Of a stretch of 64,000 nucleotides of DNA, positions 40,184 to 55,797 are shown piece by piece. The stretch lies in the NCBI RefSeq assembly GCF_009914755.1, contig NC_060932.1; one strand, written 5' to 3'. A program made the position numbers and the translations under genes. Below the pieces are notes generated by a model. The model saw only the letters and a list, made by a program, of their open reading frames with translations. It did no database searches and was not told the DNA's origin. Each line of letters starts with the position of its first letter. The stretch's first letter is position 1. This stretch comes from the human T2T-CHM13v2.0 reference genome, Homo sapiens.

Positions 40184-42057
40184 TTTTGCTCAATTTTTAA
40201 TGTTTTTTTAATACATGAATTATGGCAAAAAGAAGGTACAGATGTCTTGATTTAACTCCAATAGAGAATGCCTTGACATGAAAATATCTAATGTAATTTC
40301 TAATTTATTATAATTTGTTTTTAACCACTAAAATTGTAAATACCTGAATGTTTTAATTCACTATCATTAGTTTGGGATAGTAAATCAAAAAATGGAGGTG
40401 GGAGATAAAAGGTTTTCCTTTGGCAAAACCAGTGTATTTAAAATTGGTGAGAGTCTAGATTTTAAACTCTTCCTTCAAGAAAAAATGGGGACAATATTGA
40501 AAATCTTTGAGTCAGTAACAAAGTTTTCCACCACACTTTGAGACCCTTGCTATGAAATGTCAGTGAAAAATCTGAGATGGATAATATAAATTGCTTTTGG
40601 CTATCAAGGGAAAAGGAAGATTTGATGGTGCTATAATCAAAATTTCCACTTCTACCCTGGACAGAAAATATTAGCACTTTGCTGGTTTCCTTTTTACTCT
40701 TCCTTTACAGATTAAGTAATAGAAATAGAGTGAAACTATTGAAACTTAGCATATGCCTTAATTTATATAAATAGCCCTTGTGCAAAATATTTTGACTTCC
40801 ATTTGTGTGGATCATCCAGTCATTTTCTCTAGTGTTTCTATTTTAAGCTAAATTTGAGTGGAATTCTAAATTGATATTCATTAAAAAATTTCATTTTCCC
40901 CAATATGTAAATACAGTTAAAATATTTTAGAGCACATTTTGTCAAGTTGTATTTATATTAGGGAAAATACTGAAAATATGTTTTTCAAGAACTGCATATT
41001 TTACAAAAATTGTAACTTCTCATAGTGTTTTTAGATTTCCTCCAATGAATAAAATTGAACTTCTTTAGGTATTACTCAGAAAAAGTAATACCAACCAGGT
41101 TTAAAAAATGATGACAATATAATGTGCCAGATATTAAAAGAACTTTTTTACTTTAAAAAGCAATATTTCATCATTTTTAGTAGATTCCTGCTTATATAAA
41201 TTGGATCATATTAAGTTGAGAAGAAATCCAAAGATGTATAGAATAAAAATATATAGATATGAATTTTGCAAAGATATCTCACACCCTCACTCAGACTTCT
41301 CTGTTATTGCTGTAAGTATTCAATCTTTAAATAGTCTGGCCATTTTTAAATCTCTAAACTGAGAAATAAAATGCCTAAGACTTTCGAATATCACTTAAAC
41401 ACACAACTACTTTAGTAAAATAATTTGGAATATTTTTAAATGTTGCCAAAATTTATATTTTTTTGATATGATTACAGATTTCCCCCCAATTATAGAAAAG
41501 GACCACCAAAAAACATTAAAAAAGAAAGACAAAGAACTATTTCTTATATTGCACTGGAGACTGTGGTAGTATAGGAAGAATTTTAGTTAATGATTTACCT
41601 TCTCAGTGTAGCCTGAATCCTATCTGCTGCTTCCTTATAATATGATTTGACAGTGTAGAAAGAAGCACTGGAAAATTAAGGAAAAAATCTACTGCCTTTC
41701 TTCAACTCCTGACATCTAGGTGGAAAGAGAAAATAGTAGCTTCAGCCACCACTGAGCTTGAAAAATACACTTAGCCATGACAGAGAACTGATGTTATTGT
41801 GATAAAGAGTAAATAAAGGGGAGGTAAAATAGCATTTGGTAGAAAGGCTACTAAAAGATACTTGGTCACTAAAAGGAAAAGTCATTTCTCAGAATCTCAA
41901 GCCACAAAAATACCTTTGAGCCAAGCAAAGTAAAAAATAAAATATAAATTTGTAATAGTATATTTTATGGGTCAAATAAAATCTGATTATTAACAACTTT
42001 TATTTCTATTTTTTTCTCAACATTTAAAATAGTTTTTGGTTTAAAATAGATGTTCTT

Positions 42058-42388
42058 CCAGACCTTGTCTTTTGCAGGAACATGGATGGAGCTGGAGGCC
42101 ATTATCCTTAGCAAACTAACTCAGAAACAGAAAACTAAATACTGCATGTTTTCAATTAAAAGTGGGAGCTAAATTATGAGAACCCACGAACACAAGGAAG
42201 GAAACAACAGACTCTGAGGTCTACTTGGGGGTGGAGGGTGGGAAGAAGGAGAGAAGCAGGAAAAAGAACTATTGGGTACTGGGATTAATACCTGGGTGAT
42301 GAAATAATTTGTACAAACCCCTGTGACATGAATTCACTGATGTAGCAAAACTTCACATGTTCCCCTGAACCTAAAAGTTGAAAAAAAA
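42058..42388 (+). mobile_element. L1PA13-15-like 3' end, 5'-truncated
   Basis: gcaggaacatggatggagctggaggccattatccttagcaaact; TSD agatgttctt. Confidence 0.93.
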
Positions 42389-42934
42389 AGATGTTCTTAT
42401 ACTATCTTTAAAAATTATTGTAACAGGAGTAAATATTTTATATTCCCAAACAAAAGAAACCTTGCTGCAAATACCTCATTTGCAACACTTGGTAATAAAG
42501 TTATTCATTTTGTTGAATTTAAAAATTTACAAAACATTTAAATAAATATTATTCCTTTAGCCCTCATGAGTTTTTAAAATGATTGTCTGCACATATTATT
42601 GTGTGTTCTTTTTCTTCAGCCTGTGTTAACTTCATCAAAACATACTCATGGTGCCTCTAGGTCTTTGTGGTAGAATCATATTTATTTTCTCTTCCTTTTC
42701 TTTCTCCTCCTTCTTCTTCTGTTTTTTGTTTTTATTAGGAGTGAAACTCAATAAAAGCATGAACCACATCTCTTTTCTGATGTTATTAGAAGAACTTTTG
42801 AGATAATATGTATGCCAGATATTGATTTCTGATGTATAGAAGCCAGAATAATTAGTTGTCCTTTTAATAGCTCCATGAGTTGTATACCTACCAGATAGTA
42901 AAAAATAAAAAGGAAGGGACCTTGTCTCTAATTC

Positions 42935-43503
42935 TGATAGTGACAGGAGACAGACACATTCCCAGGCAGACAAGAAAACCCTGGTGAAACGTGACTTTCA
43001 AACCAAGGACAGTTTAAAGCCTGAAAACTGAGAGGCCAGATCCAGATAGAGTCCATGACCTGAGTGAGAACTTCAAGCTCTATCTTACCCACTCTCTTGA
43101 TTGGTTCCTTCTGAACGACGCCTTTTAACTCATAAAATCGCGCTTTTTCCAAGACCACCCATGGACCAGTCAGCACAGACTCCCCCATTCTAAGACAGCT
43201 ACCCATTTCCAGGGCCCCTCTTTTAGTCAGAGCTTTTCTTTCGTCAGTCAATAAATTTTCTATCTGCCTTACTCATTCTCCAGTGTCTGTGTACCTCTTG
43301 GTCACAGGACAAGAACCCAGAACTCACCGAGCTGAGAGCAGTGGGAATAAAAGAGCTGTAACCCTCCTTCCCACTTGCTGAACTACAGGCATGTAAAAGC
43401 TGCTGGATGCCACTCCCTTCTACTGGCTGAATTACGAGAGTGAAGGAGCAAAAAGCCTCCTGGGCGCCACTTCCTCCCGCTCACCAAACTTACTGGAGTC
43501 ACA
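42935..43503 (+). mobile_element. ERV1 solo LTR, LTR27/LTR28-like
   Basis: tgatagtgacaggagacagac start, CA end, 4-bp TSD attc. Confidence 0.8.
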
Positions 43504-43830
43504 ATTCTAGACAGGGGGATATTTAACTATCTTAAACATAAGGAAGTATAAAGTCAAATCATGTGCTGTAGCCATCTTTATGGGGATAAATGACGGTAAA
43601 ATATCATGAAAATTATATATACATTAAATATGTACAATAAATATATAAGTAATACAATAAAATCAAACACACATACATGCGGTGTTTGCATGCTTCTCCC
43701 TTTTGGCAACTCTGGCTTCGTAAGGCAATCTAAAAGTCAGCTTCTTTACCTTGCTACTTTCCCAAAGATAGTCATGAAACTGAAGCACCAATTGTCTTTG
43801 AGGAAATCTTATTTTTTACATTTATTTTAG

Positions 43831-43953
43831 TATTTAATGTTTTATATTTATTTTAGTGTAGTGAGCAGTGGGATGTCATTTATAATATACATAAAATATT
43901 TATATTTAGTATTTTATATTTATTTTAGTGTAGTGAGCAGTGGGATGTCATTT
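43831..43953. repeat. 51-bp direct duplication with 21-bp spacer
   Basis: ttttatatttattttagtgtagtgagcagtgggatgtcattt twice, 72 bp apart. Confidence 0.9.
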
Positions 43954-44109
43954 CTCTCTGAAGCTTGCTTGACTCTTGCTCTTTGTCTTTTTTGTTTTGC
44001 TTGGTTTCATTCTGTTTAGTGGATAGCAATGCATTAAATAGTATGTTTTAAACAGATCTAGATGTTCTATAGTGGACTATCCCTTAAGAATATTTAGAAT
44101 ATTCAGAAT

Positions 44110-44512
44110 ATTTAGTCTCTCCAAAAATATGCTGAAGTTCTAACTCCCCTATACCTGTGAATGTGACTTTATTTGGAAATAGAGTGGGCTCTAATTTAAT
44201 ATGTCTGGTGCCCTTAAGGGAAGAGATACAGGGACACTGACACATTGTACAGAATACCATGTGAAAACAGAGGCAGAGACTGGAGTGATGTGATGTGTCC
44301 ACAAGTCAAGGAATGCCAATGATTGTCGGCAACACCAGAGCTAAGAGAAGGGCATGGAAAATATTCTCTCTTAGAACCCTGAGAGCAACCATGCCCTAAG
44401 GCAACCTTGATTTCAGACTTCTGGCCTCCAGTACTGTGAAAGAATATCATTCTGTTGGTTTGAGCCACCCAGTTTGTGGCACTTTATGATGTAGCCCTAG
44501 GAAACGAATACA
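44110..44512 (+). mobile_element. MLT1C-like MaLR LTR
   Basis: acctgtgaatgtgactttatttggaaatag...cagacttctggcctccag...gccctaggaaacgaataca. Confidence 0.88.
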
Positions 44513-44613
44513 GCTGGACTCCTATATCTCAGTTAACTGAAAAAGATTGAAAATGCCTACAATGGAAAACCAAAACGTTTCTCCACTCTTACATGTATTC
44601 TAAAAATGATGGG

Positions 44614-45184
44614 TGTTCAAAAAGTGTTAACATAGCAAGTCTGAGAGTGCTATCCTTATAAAGGCCTGCTTCCAAGGTTGCCTTGGCTGTCACTTGGGAA
44701 TTTGGTTTTCAGAGTGTTTACAGGCAACATTTAACTGATAAGGGTTACTCACTGTGCCTAGACCTTTTGTGTAAAGAATGTGGTTAATGATGACCTTATG
44801 GTTTACCGAAAACACCTGCTTTTCTTCTGGGAATCTGGAATTTTGCTATTTTCTAGACAGAAAGTGGTTGTATCACTAGGCCTCAGCAAATCCTCGGAAG
44901 ATGAATCTCTAATGGGCTTCCATGTAGAAATATTGCACACATTTTGCTGCTTTTCTTTTACTGGAAGAAAAGTATACTCTGATCTTGGAGTGAGGGAGCA
45001 TAAGGAAGCCTTCACAAGGATTTCTCCAGACTGACTTGACTTGTGTCTTTGTCCTTCATGATCTGGATGTGTATTCTGAGAACATCACTGTAATAAATCT
45101 TAGCCATGCATACACTTACATGCTGAATCCCTTGAGTTTTAGTAAATCTCTGAACATGGGGATAGTAATGGAACCCTCTATACA
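44614..45184 (+). mobile_element. ERVL solo LTR, MER68-like
   Basis: gttaacatagcaagtctgagagtgctatccttataaaggcctgctt; TSD atggg/atagg. Confidence 0.75.
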
Positions 45185-45384
45185 ATAGGACATCAAATTT
45201 TTTTTATTCCATTTTATCTCAAGAAACAGCCATTTAGTTTTCCATCACATACATCCCTAGATATGTAGGCATGTGGCGGTAACTTTGAATATTTGGAGTT
45301 CCGTAGAAACTACACGTTTTCTTTTGGTTAAATTCTATTTTGTCTCTATGAGTTGTCTGTACAGTATACTTTCTTTGCTAATTT

Positions 45385-45698
<314 letters not shown>

Positions 45699-48600
45699 TT
45701 TGCCAATTTCAGTGTAACCTGAAAAAAGCTTAATTACAAGCAACATGATATTTAATATTTGACTGCTAATAAGAATATTTTTAAAGTCCTCTAATACACA
45801 ATTAAACAGTGATGGAAATATTGGCATATACGAGGAAATCATAATTCTTTTGGCGAATAAAGGTGTATTCAAAAGAAAATCATTAAAATAAATATAAAAG
45901 TATATTTTTTAAAAGACCCTCAAGTAAAAGACAGTTAAAAACTATTGCATTGAGAACATGTTAGATTACTGTCACCCATCACTCATTTAATTCATGATCA
46001 TCAGTTTTATACATGATGCCAGCTGTGCTTCAGCAGTCTTGAATGCTTTCAGTGTATATAAATCTGCTTGTTACTTGCTGTAATCAAAACCCTGTCAGTT
46101 CTTTTGGTCCCTTCTCAACTCCTTTCAATCCTACCTTTAATCTCAACAATGTAGAATATACCTGAAAGCTGAGTACTTTAAAAATAAATCCATTTATTCA
46201 CTGCTCCCTTCTGAAATAATAATTTTGTAGTTTACTCAGCTAACAGCCAATTTTAACAGTTAGGTTTATCAAGTGTTTTTAATCAATGTATGACAACATT
46301 ATTTCTCTAGACACCAATTGCTGGGAATAAAAAAAATCAGCTCAAATCATAAAAAATAATTTCCTTATTGTGTATAATTAATGTCTGAGGTAGGAAATCT
46401 TTTAAGAATGAGATTTCACATACTACTTATAGAAATACCTTTTGGTGAGTGAAAAAAACAAAAAACAAAGAAAATCTGCTACAGCTGTGAGTAGGGCTAC
46501 GCTCACTAGCTATTTCCTCTTGAAAAATTGGAGAGAGGTAATATCAATACTTTAAAATATTACTTATAATACAAAAATGCAAATGATAACTTGAAATTTA
46601 TCTTATAAAGTATCTGGTAATTCAGGTTTGCTTTGTTACTTATAGAAAATGATTACATCATTTAAAATATAATCATGTGTATATAAATATAAGTTAAATT
46701 CTAACTTTAAATATATATATAATATGATAATTTTAATCAAGCATTTATTTTATCTTCAAGGTAGATTTACTTCAACTCTAGCCACCTGTATAAAGCCATA
46801 TATTAATTTTTTTGTATGATAAAATATAACTTTAAAAAATTTTGCCTATATTTCCCCATTTCTTTGACATGCATAAATAATTGTTTTTTTCATAAAAACT
46901 TTGCATGTTATTAATCTGTCTAAAATCCTTGGAATGTAATTTTTTAAGATAGTTAACTCAAAAATGGCATATGGAACAAGTGCCTTTTTATTTGCATAAT
47001 TGGTTTATTAGAGCATTTTATTCCACATATATATATATTTAAAAATATTTCTGTATAGAATACTGCATAATAAACAATTTAATATCATCACAGATAAATC
47101 TTATAAAATTATGGCTGACTGAATCTGGATTATGAGAATATAATGTTAAGGTGTACAATATGTCTTTTACGTCAATCAGCACAATTTTTTGAGATGTTAT
47201 TTGATTAATGTAGTTGTATTAGAAGCTTTCAATATTAGTTAAGAAGTAGACAAAACTACTGAATGGATTTCAGCACAAAGATACAGAATCCAATGATTCA
47301 TTGCTTTGTCATTACGTTGTTATATATTTAGAATATTTTTTGCAAGGCCATAGATGTGAGTTATGGATTTTTTTATTGATCTGTCCAATTGAAAATCATG
47401 ATGATGAAATCTTGAATTTTATAAAGAGCAATCAAACAAAAGTGCTTCTATGAATTGAATAGCTTAATCTAAATGTTAAGTTTATTGATGCATAGGATGC
47501 ATTATACAACAGAGTCTGAGTAATGTATGTAGGAAAGCATAAAGTGCAAGATATAAAAGATGTTGAGATGTCTTTCTGAGATTTACAGAGTCTTTGGATT
47601 ACTGAGTAATGACACAAAATGACACTTTGCCAAACAAAATTTTGTTATTAAAGGAGTAAAAATTAAACAGAAGAATATAGGAGCAATACGTTGCCAAGTT
47701 CATAGATAAATATGAATATTTTATATATTTCAAGTGAAGTGTGAGGATGTTACATAGAGCTCTTTAAGGTATTTTCTTGTGTAAGGTAATTTAGAATATA
47801 ATTATTTGGTCATTGCAATATAAGTTAATTTCCTAAAATCAAAATGATCTCCATTTATTATTTTTGATTTTTAACCCCAGAAAATTATCCCTTGGGATTC
47901 TACAATCAACACACTCCATATTGCACTGAGGTTGGGTTGACACTGTAGAATACGTATTGTGTAGCCTGGGAATACATTTTTGTTTGCCAGTTTTTAAATC
48001 TTATTTAAGGCTTTAGTTTGCATATGGCTGTTAGCTTCATATCATACAATTTTCTACACAGTGTTGAATGGTTATAATTGTGATGACAGAAATAATATCA
48101 ATCAAGCCATTATTAAGTTCTTTGCTCTAATTCATTTCAATTTTGTAAATGTTAATATTTTTATTGAAAAATATTTCTCAATTAAAATTCTCCTTGTAGT
48201 TCTAGGCTCTTCTATGTCATGAGGAAGTGATTGTCTGTTTTTGTGTGGCTATTTGTTTTGCTTTGTGTTATATTTTTACAAAAATATAAGGTACAAAATT
48301 AAACAATTAGGCGTTAACATATAGACAAAACATAATTTTTTTCAAACAGTATTTCCACAGACACCCATCATCATTTTACCTTGATAATCTCAGCCTTATA
48401 CAATTACAGAAATGAGGGTAGTAGTAGGTCAACAGTTATAGAAAAGAGAAAATTCAGAAAAATAAGAAAGATACTAAGGGCCAGGACATATTTGAGGGAG
48501 ACATAATTTCCTAATTTGAGTAACTATTAGAAATACATTCATGAAATATTTACATATGATATTGCTGTGGTTAGATGAACTGACCAATATGAAGTAAGAC

Positions 48601-49050
48601 ACTCTCAAAGTAAATTATTTTTGAATAAAATTCTCCAATTGCTTCAGGGGTAAAGGGAAAGGTAAGAATAATTTAATAAGAAAGTTCTCTTACAACTTGC
48701 CCTGCAGCTTCTTTTTAAAAAAAATCCTGAACTAAAATCCTTTCTTGATGCTTGACCTTACAAGTTAATTTTTTCCCAAATACTTTACTGTGAGTACCAT
48801 TAGGCTTAATTAGTGTGATAAAATCTGAAAAAGAAAGTCTGTGTTTCTCTACAAATAATGAATTATATATGGATTTTTATTAAAGTTTAGTTATACTCTA
48901 TCTGGTATAACAACAAAAATTAAACTTTTGTTTTTATTTTTATATTCGTAGTGTGGTTAGTGTAGAGGTGGTTGTGAAATGTTCATTGCCTGAAAACTTC
49001 TGAAATCTAACTTTGAAATTTTTTCTATACATTTATTTTTAATTTGGCTT

Positions 49051-49051
<1 letters not shown>

Positions 49052-49093
<42 letters not shown>
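49052..49093. repeat. (CT)n microsatellite
   Basis: Direct observation. Confidence 0.95.
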
Positions 49094-49096
<3 letters not shown>

Positions 49097-50269
49097 TCTC
49101 ACATCGAGGATAACTTTCTTAATAGAAAAGGAAGGGGAAAAATAGACATACTTTGTTTCCGTTCGGGCAGTTTGTCCTGGTATGAAAGTTAGCAACGCTG
49201 GTATAATTGGTTTACAAGACCCATGGGAAGAGTGTTACCATCTCAGCAGGAAAGGGGACCAAAGTCAAAGAAACTGGATAAATTTGTGAAATGGACTAAG
49301 AGGATGCTCAGAAAGGGAGAACATTGAGGAGGACTAATGTTATGGATTCCAAGAAGTTCCTTCTAAAAATAATGATGGGTTGGTAATGTAAATGCTACAT
49401 AAAGATGATGTCAGAGTAGTTCTGAAGTTTAGAGATCACGGCTGACTTGTACAAAAGGAATTTAAACAGAAATTTGAGTGTCAAAAGCATGTCAAACCAT
49501 GTTTTTCTGGGTTTAGCTAAACAAGGGAGAAATGTAGACTGCCATCTCAAGAAACACAGTTGTGATGAAATTGAGACTTCTAAAGAATTTAATAGAGGTA
49601 GGAACAGGTTAAAGATATTTTTTCATTTTCTTTTTATTTGCTTTAAGCAGGGCAAAGCCTTCAGTATGTTTATAAGGACATAGAAACAGAGCATTCTATG
49701 GTTCTCAGGGTTTTATGCCTGAGAATGTTAAATAAGAGAGCAAGTTACAGTGTAAATGAAGGTGAAAAGGTCAGAACTTAAGTAAGACTTTTTGTTTTTT
49801 TTTTGTACTCAAGGAGGAGTGATACAATAAAACGAATATGAAGAGTTTCCAAAGAGTTTCAACTCTGGTCTGATCATATTCAATATTATATTTAGGGTAA
49901 CATAGTTGTGATACACACAGTTCAGTGGAGTGAATTTCCTAAAACTATATTTTAAAACTTTACTATTTGGAGTAGTGAACAAATGTAAAAGTTAAACTTC
50001 AAAATCAAGTTCACTTGGCTTTGGATTTGAATAGTTGCTCCAATACCGTGTAACTTAGATAAATTTTCTGTGTCTCCATTTTCTTCTTTGAACATTTTTG
50101 TATATGGTTTAATTCCTTACAAAAATCAGTTATTTTCTCAAACCAATTTGTTAGTTTCAAAATGGCAAAAAATATTTAATTAAAATGGCTAATATGCCTA
50201 CATATTTTTATGATTGCATTGAATACCTAACCAACTCTATACAAAAGGTTGCTTTTGTTTCTAATTGCC

Positions 50270-50395
50270 ACTTATTGTACTAGATAGTAAATTACTACTA
50301 GTTGGGGGCTATCTTTTTCATCTTTATTTACCCAACTCCTTAGTCAAATGACAAGCCCATAATAAGCACTTGATTAAAGTTTTCTGAGTGAAGTA
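50270..50395 (+). mobile_element. L2 tail fragment
   Basis: actagatagtaaattact...cataataagcacttgattaaagttttctgagtga. Confidence 0.5.
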
Positions 50396-50894
50396 CTAGA
50401 GCTAATACTATCTGATGCTTCCATAGAGTTAATTATGTGTTTCCAAATGCATATTGAATTCTTCTCTTCTTTATACTCTTTTATATACCAACTACTGATT
50501 ATTTTATTGTTGTCTTTACATTTTATTTTTTATTCTTTAAATATCATCATAATTATTTTTCAAATGCAGCCAAGGTCACGAAAAGAGATTTTTTGAAAAT
50601 TAAGAAAATAAAGATAAAGAAATAGAGTAGAGAGAAAGAGTAAGATAAGGATGTTTTTATTATTACCCAATGGTAATCTAAAAGATATGTGAATTAGTGC
50701 CTTCTAAAATTTATTTTTACATTAAATTTTGCTAATCCCGTTAAAATTCATCAAAATAAGAGGGGGCTATGGAAGCATGTACAGAAATTTAGCTTCTAAT
50801 GTGATAGAATATTTTTCTTAGAAAGCTTTGCTTTGGGGAATACAATTGTTATCATTAGTGAGTTTTCAGTAACTGCCAAAAGTCCAGAGAGATG

Positions 50895-51118
50895 TGATGA
50901 AAGCAGCAATAAGTTTTAGAAGTTGGAAAACATAGATTATATTCTCCTTCCCCTGTGTTATATGTTGGAAAACATAGATTATATTCACCTATCTCTGTGA
51001 ACTGGAGCAAAAGACTTAGCCTCTGTAAATCTCAATTTCCTATCTCTAAAAATGGAAAAACAATTTTGCGTGGTGTTTAAGGTGAAAGGAGATACTATTT
51101 GTGATAATGCTTTAAAAA
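50895..51118 (+). mobile_element. MIR with internal 23-bp duplication
   Basis: cttagcctctgtaaatctcaatttcctatctctaaaatgg core; gttggaaaacatagattatattc at 50922 and 50964. Confidence 0.75.
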
Positions 51119-54100
51119 TGTGAATATATATATATATACACACACACACATACACACATATACAGATATATGTGTGGTTTTGTATGTATATATGTATACA
51201 CATATGATTTAAAAATATGGCAGTACACTAGGCTGTATTCCCATAGTTATGGGGTAGAAATAATTTTCAGTTGTCCTGCTGGTTGCAGGACACAAGGAAT
51301 AAAGGTTTATTATTTCCTGTTTCTTTGTTTTAAAGTCCCTATAGAAACAAGCAGGTTTCCTTTCCCTTGTTGACAAAATGGAAGCCTACTGGTCACTAAC
51401 ACATCTCCCTTCAAACATAGTATATAATAAACAACCAACTTGCCTAAGGGACAAAGGCTCGGTATCTTACTCTATCTACTTTGATTTCTCAGAAGTTACT
51501 GTATTCTAAGTGGTTAATACAACTGCTCCAATAGTTATTACTAATATTGATAGCCAATTGTTTTTATTGATAAAATGTGTAGTTCCTAGAGACTTTTGAG
51601 GACAATCTCTCCAAGGCAGAAAAACTGACTTTCTCATAGCTTTCAATTCTGATACCTAAAATTCAGAAAACAGGGAAAAAAAGAAAAGCACAAAAAACTC
51701 TTTTTTTTTGTATGCAACTGTTCTTTGACTTTAAACAGTAATGCAATATTGCAATTAAGAAATAGATATAACTGTTGTGGTTAGAAGCATTACATTCAAC
51801 TTTAGCAAAACTGACACTATAAACAATCAGTGAAAATTACTCAAGATTCTTAAAGTTTAACACCAAAATCTTTCTGGTTAACTGGGAGCATACTTTGGAG
51901 GAATCAACAAAGCTGACTCATACTGAATAGCAATACTGCCATCTCAATGCAGGGAAACTTCTTTTGACAGCATAAAACAAAATTCCTTCATCAGTACTTT
52001 TCATATAAAATTATCTTTCAAAAAAGTCAATAATAATATGAAATGTACATGTCATAAATGTGAACAATATTAATAACTGCCATATATAAACTGGAAGACA
52101 TGTAAGAACATTTATAATATGAAAGAATGAGTCAGTGGATGTTAAAAAGTTTAACTTGGGTTTTTGAGAATGTCAATGGCTAATTTGGATATTTAGACAT
52201 ATTTTCACATATAATATACCATTTAATATATCAACAGCAAGTCCTGGTCACCTAAAGTCATTATTGATATGGTAGCCATAGGCATTCATAATATCAATAA
52301 GTTTAGTGTTTTTACAGTATGTAATTTGACTTTAAATTATTTTCTCTCTGTTTTCTAAAATTAAGCTTTCTGAAAATATGGTCTATACACTACTATGGAT
52401 TGAATGACATTGGTCATATTACTTAGGGACACTAAAACTTGCACCTCACTGAAGTGATACAAAAAGTCAACAGGATTAACTTTGTAGTCATTGGAGCATG
52501 ATATAAAACTTATCTTTCCAGTCCAAAAGGCTGTAAGTCAGTACATTTCTTAACTGTGGTGTTTTATTGCTGTTTAGAGTTTTACTTGTTTTGCAATATT
52601 TCAAAAATATTTATTTTCCTAGAGACTTAATCTCCTGCAATGCAATCTGTACAAGTCCTTAGAAGTAATTTTTGAAAGAAAATCTTAAAGGAATTGCCGC
52701 CAGTAAGAGGAAAAATTTTCCATACAGAGAAAAACATCAAAGGTAATATATTTTCTTTACATATCCAATAACATTTTATGGGACAGCTTTGTATAAGCAG
52801 CTATAGTATGATTTTTTAATGGCCATTGGGATAGACAGAATGTCCTTACTGAAATGTAAATTTGTAATTGAAGTTCCATGTATACTGACTATATTGACTT
52901 CTTATTTAGTAGTTTCAGAACAGAGAATAAATATTCATTTAGTGAATTCACTTATGAATCGTTTTCAGCTCAATGGATGAGATATCTGGAAGAGATGTTG
53001 CAGTTCTACTTTTGGTTGTGCAGATGTGGTATCCAGCTATCTCAGGATATTAGACCAAACCCAATGTATCATTTTTACAGCACATCTAGAGGTTGTTAGT
53101 GACGTCCTGGAAAAAAGGGAAAAGTGAACTGTTGTGCATGATAAAAATGAGGTCAAACTATGCTCATTGTTAACATGATAATTAGGTCTTGCTACTCAGG
53201 ACTCAAGATGAAAAAGACAGAATTCTCTAAATTTTGTTGTCAACATTGTACATTGTGCTACTGGAGAATTAAAAAAAAAACAGTTTAATTGCTGAAACTG
53301 CTTGTTTATAAGATGCTTTGTTGGCAAGGATGATACCAATTTTCTTTTATTTCCCACCTTAAATTGTACACACACACACACGCATATACACAGACTTTAT
53401 AGTAAATATAGAAACTAAACCTGCTAAACTACTTTATACTATGTGTATATTGAGTAGAGCAACATACTATGTGATATATATATGTAAATATATATGTACA
53501 TCCACTATTCACAATCCATAAAATACTATATGTAGTATATAAGCACAAATTTAAATAGAAAATCATAGCCACATCACTCTGATACTCGATAAGACTGTAT
53601 TTTGTCTCTTTACTTCCTTTTGAATAATATGTCTCCCTCTCTTTGAATTTGAGAATCAATGCATAGCATGACAATAGTAATCTGTATTCACCATCTAGTA
53701 TTTGTTTGTATTGTAGTAAGAGCCTTGTGTACCCACATTTACTGAATTTTCAAAACATAATGGAAGGCAGAAATTAGTTGAATATTTCTGGAAAAAACAA
53801 AATGATTTTCCAAAAGTTAAAACTTCATTCAGCCAGGAGTTATTGGAGCCAAGATTCAATCTCAGTTCTTTTTGATAATGAAGAATAAATTCTAGACCAC
53901 ATGTTAATAGTTCTCCGGAAGCAAATCAAATGGAAAATTGGGCGTGATTTACAATTTGGCTCAATAATTGTTATATTCTTGGTGCACACATTTAGTTATT
54001 GCACATCTTTCTAAAATCTCAGTTTTTTAAAATATGGAAGAAGAATTTTTAATTTACTTACATGGTGCTTCCGTAGTAATTATTGAAAAACAATTAAAGA

Positions 54101-55114
54101 GACTTAATGTTTGCTGTAAATGTTTGAGAAATGTTATATTTCACATTAAGATTATGCTCATGTAAACATTTGCTTAAATAATTTATGTGGTGAATGATGG
54201 TTAATACCGTGGAAGAACAGGGAAGAAAAAAGGCTCTTTAATGAATGTAGAAAAAATGTTACAAACTGCTTTCAATATAAATAGTGAAAAAAACAGCCAA
54301 ACACCTGCATTGTCAACTTCACTGATACTGTATTGTTTTGTTTTTGCCTTATCATCATTTTTCAGTAAAGGGATAGAAGTAGATTTCAAAGAGAAACAAT
54401 TGTAATAATACAATATTTGGTATTTGAAACAGCTTTTCAAGTCAGTCAGGCAGTGGATCCCAAATCTGCATTTATATTTGCAGTAATTTCTTATTAGCCT
54501 CTTTCAGTTACTGAAGTCTTATGATTTAGAAGGCAGATATTACAATAATAGTCAAAGTTATTCAATTTGTATCAGCCACGCCTTCCTCTGAACAACAAAA
54601 TACAGAAGAGGGGCAGTTCTTAGGAATTGCTCTTTCAAACCAATTGATTGCCATTATTTTGTAAAGAAATAATGGTCAGTGACTAGTGTGTAAGGATATT
54701 TATTTTTTCTAACTAGCTATGCTATATTAAGTTTTGATCATTTCTGTATTATAATATTTTCACTTTAATGTTTATCTGTTATTTCATTGATATATAGTTA
54801 ATGATTAAATATTCATGTACACATTTTTCATTTATTATAAAAAGAAACATTTTCACAGACAAGGGAGAAAAATGACTAAAGAATTTCTCATTATTAAATA
54901 GCAATTTTTTTAAATTGAGACTTTAGGGCACTTAAAACTGTAATTTTTTATTTCCTATGTTAAAAGTTTTCTTATATATGTAGCACACTCATCAAAATAT
55001 ATTACAAAATTAAATAATAAATTTAAATTATTTTAATATCTTTGATAACATATTGTCATCATTACGGTCATAGTAAATTGAAATCTAAGAAAATTTTTTT
55101 GGTGAATTAATGTA

Positions 55115-55255
55115 GTGTCTACATATGCCTACTCTGTGTCTGGCACTCTGCTACATTGTGTGGGTAAATTTAATCCTTACCAGAATCTTATGAAATAGGT
55201 CTTTTTACAGATGGAAACACTAACAAATGACTTAACCAAGGTTTAGAGTTAATAT
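55115..55255 (-). mobile_element. MIR fragment
   Basis: atttaatccttaccagaatcttatgaaatagg...tttacagatggaaacact. Confidence 0.7.
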
Positions 55256-55749
55256 CTGTGAATTTCCATGAGGAAAATTTTTTCTAAACACAGATTCTTT
55301 CATATTGCAAAAACACACACATTACTTTGTTAAGTTAAAAATAACTACGACTGACTTAAAATTTCATAGACTATTGCAGATTTTTCTTAAAATTTATTTT
55401 TGAAAATTTACCATCTTTATATTATAGAATTTTCTATGAGGACTGTATCTGCTGTTCAAGAAAATTCCTTCTTGCTTCTTATGCCTAATTGTGACTCGTT
55501 AAGGGAAGAAAAAGAGGTAACATCAGAATCTGTCTTAGTGACTTGAGGGTGAGGAGGAAGGTTGAGGAAATGGAAAATTTGAGAAACAAGGGTATGTTAT
55601 TTCCTGTTTTCAAACTTCTATTTAGTATCATAAGTTCAAAAATAAAACAATTTCAAAGCATGAAGATGGAAAATATATTTGTTTCTTCTTGAGATATATA
55701 GAAGCATGATTTTTCAACTTGGGATAAGAAGGTAATATATATTACCTCC

Positions 55750-55757
55750 ATATATAC

Positions 55758-55797
<40 letters not shown>

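Noticed and set aside
45900-54900. Long repeat-poor AT-rich stretch as a possible enhancer or exon region
   Set aside because: No coding signal or distinctive structure visible; conservation data would be required
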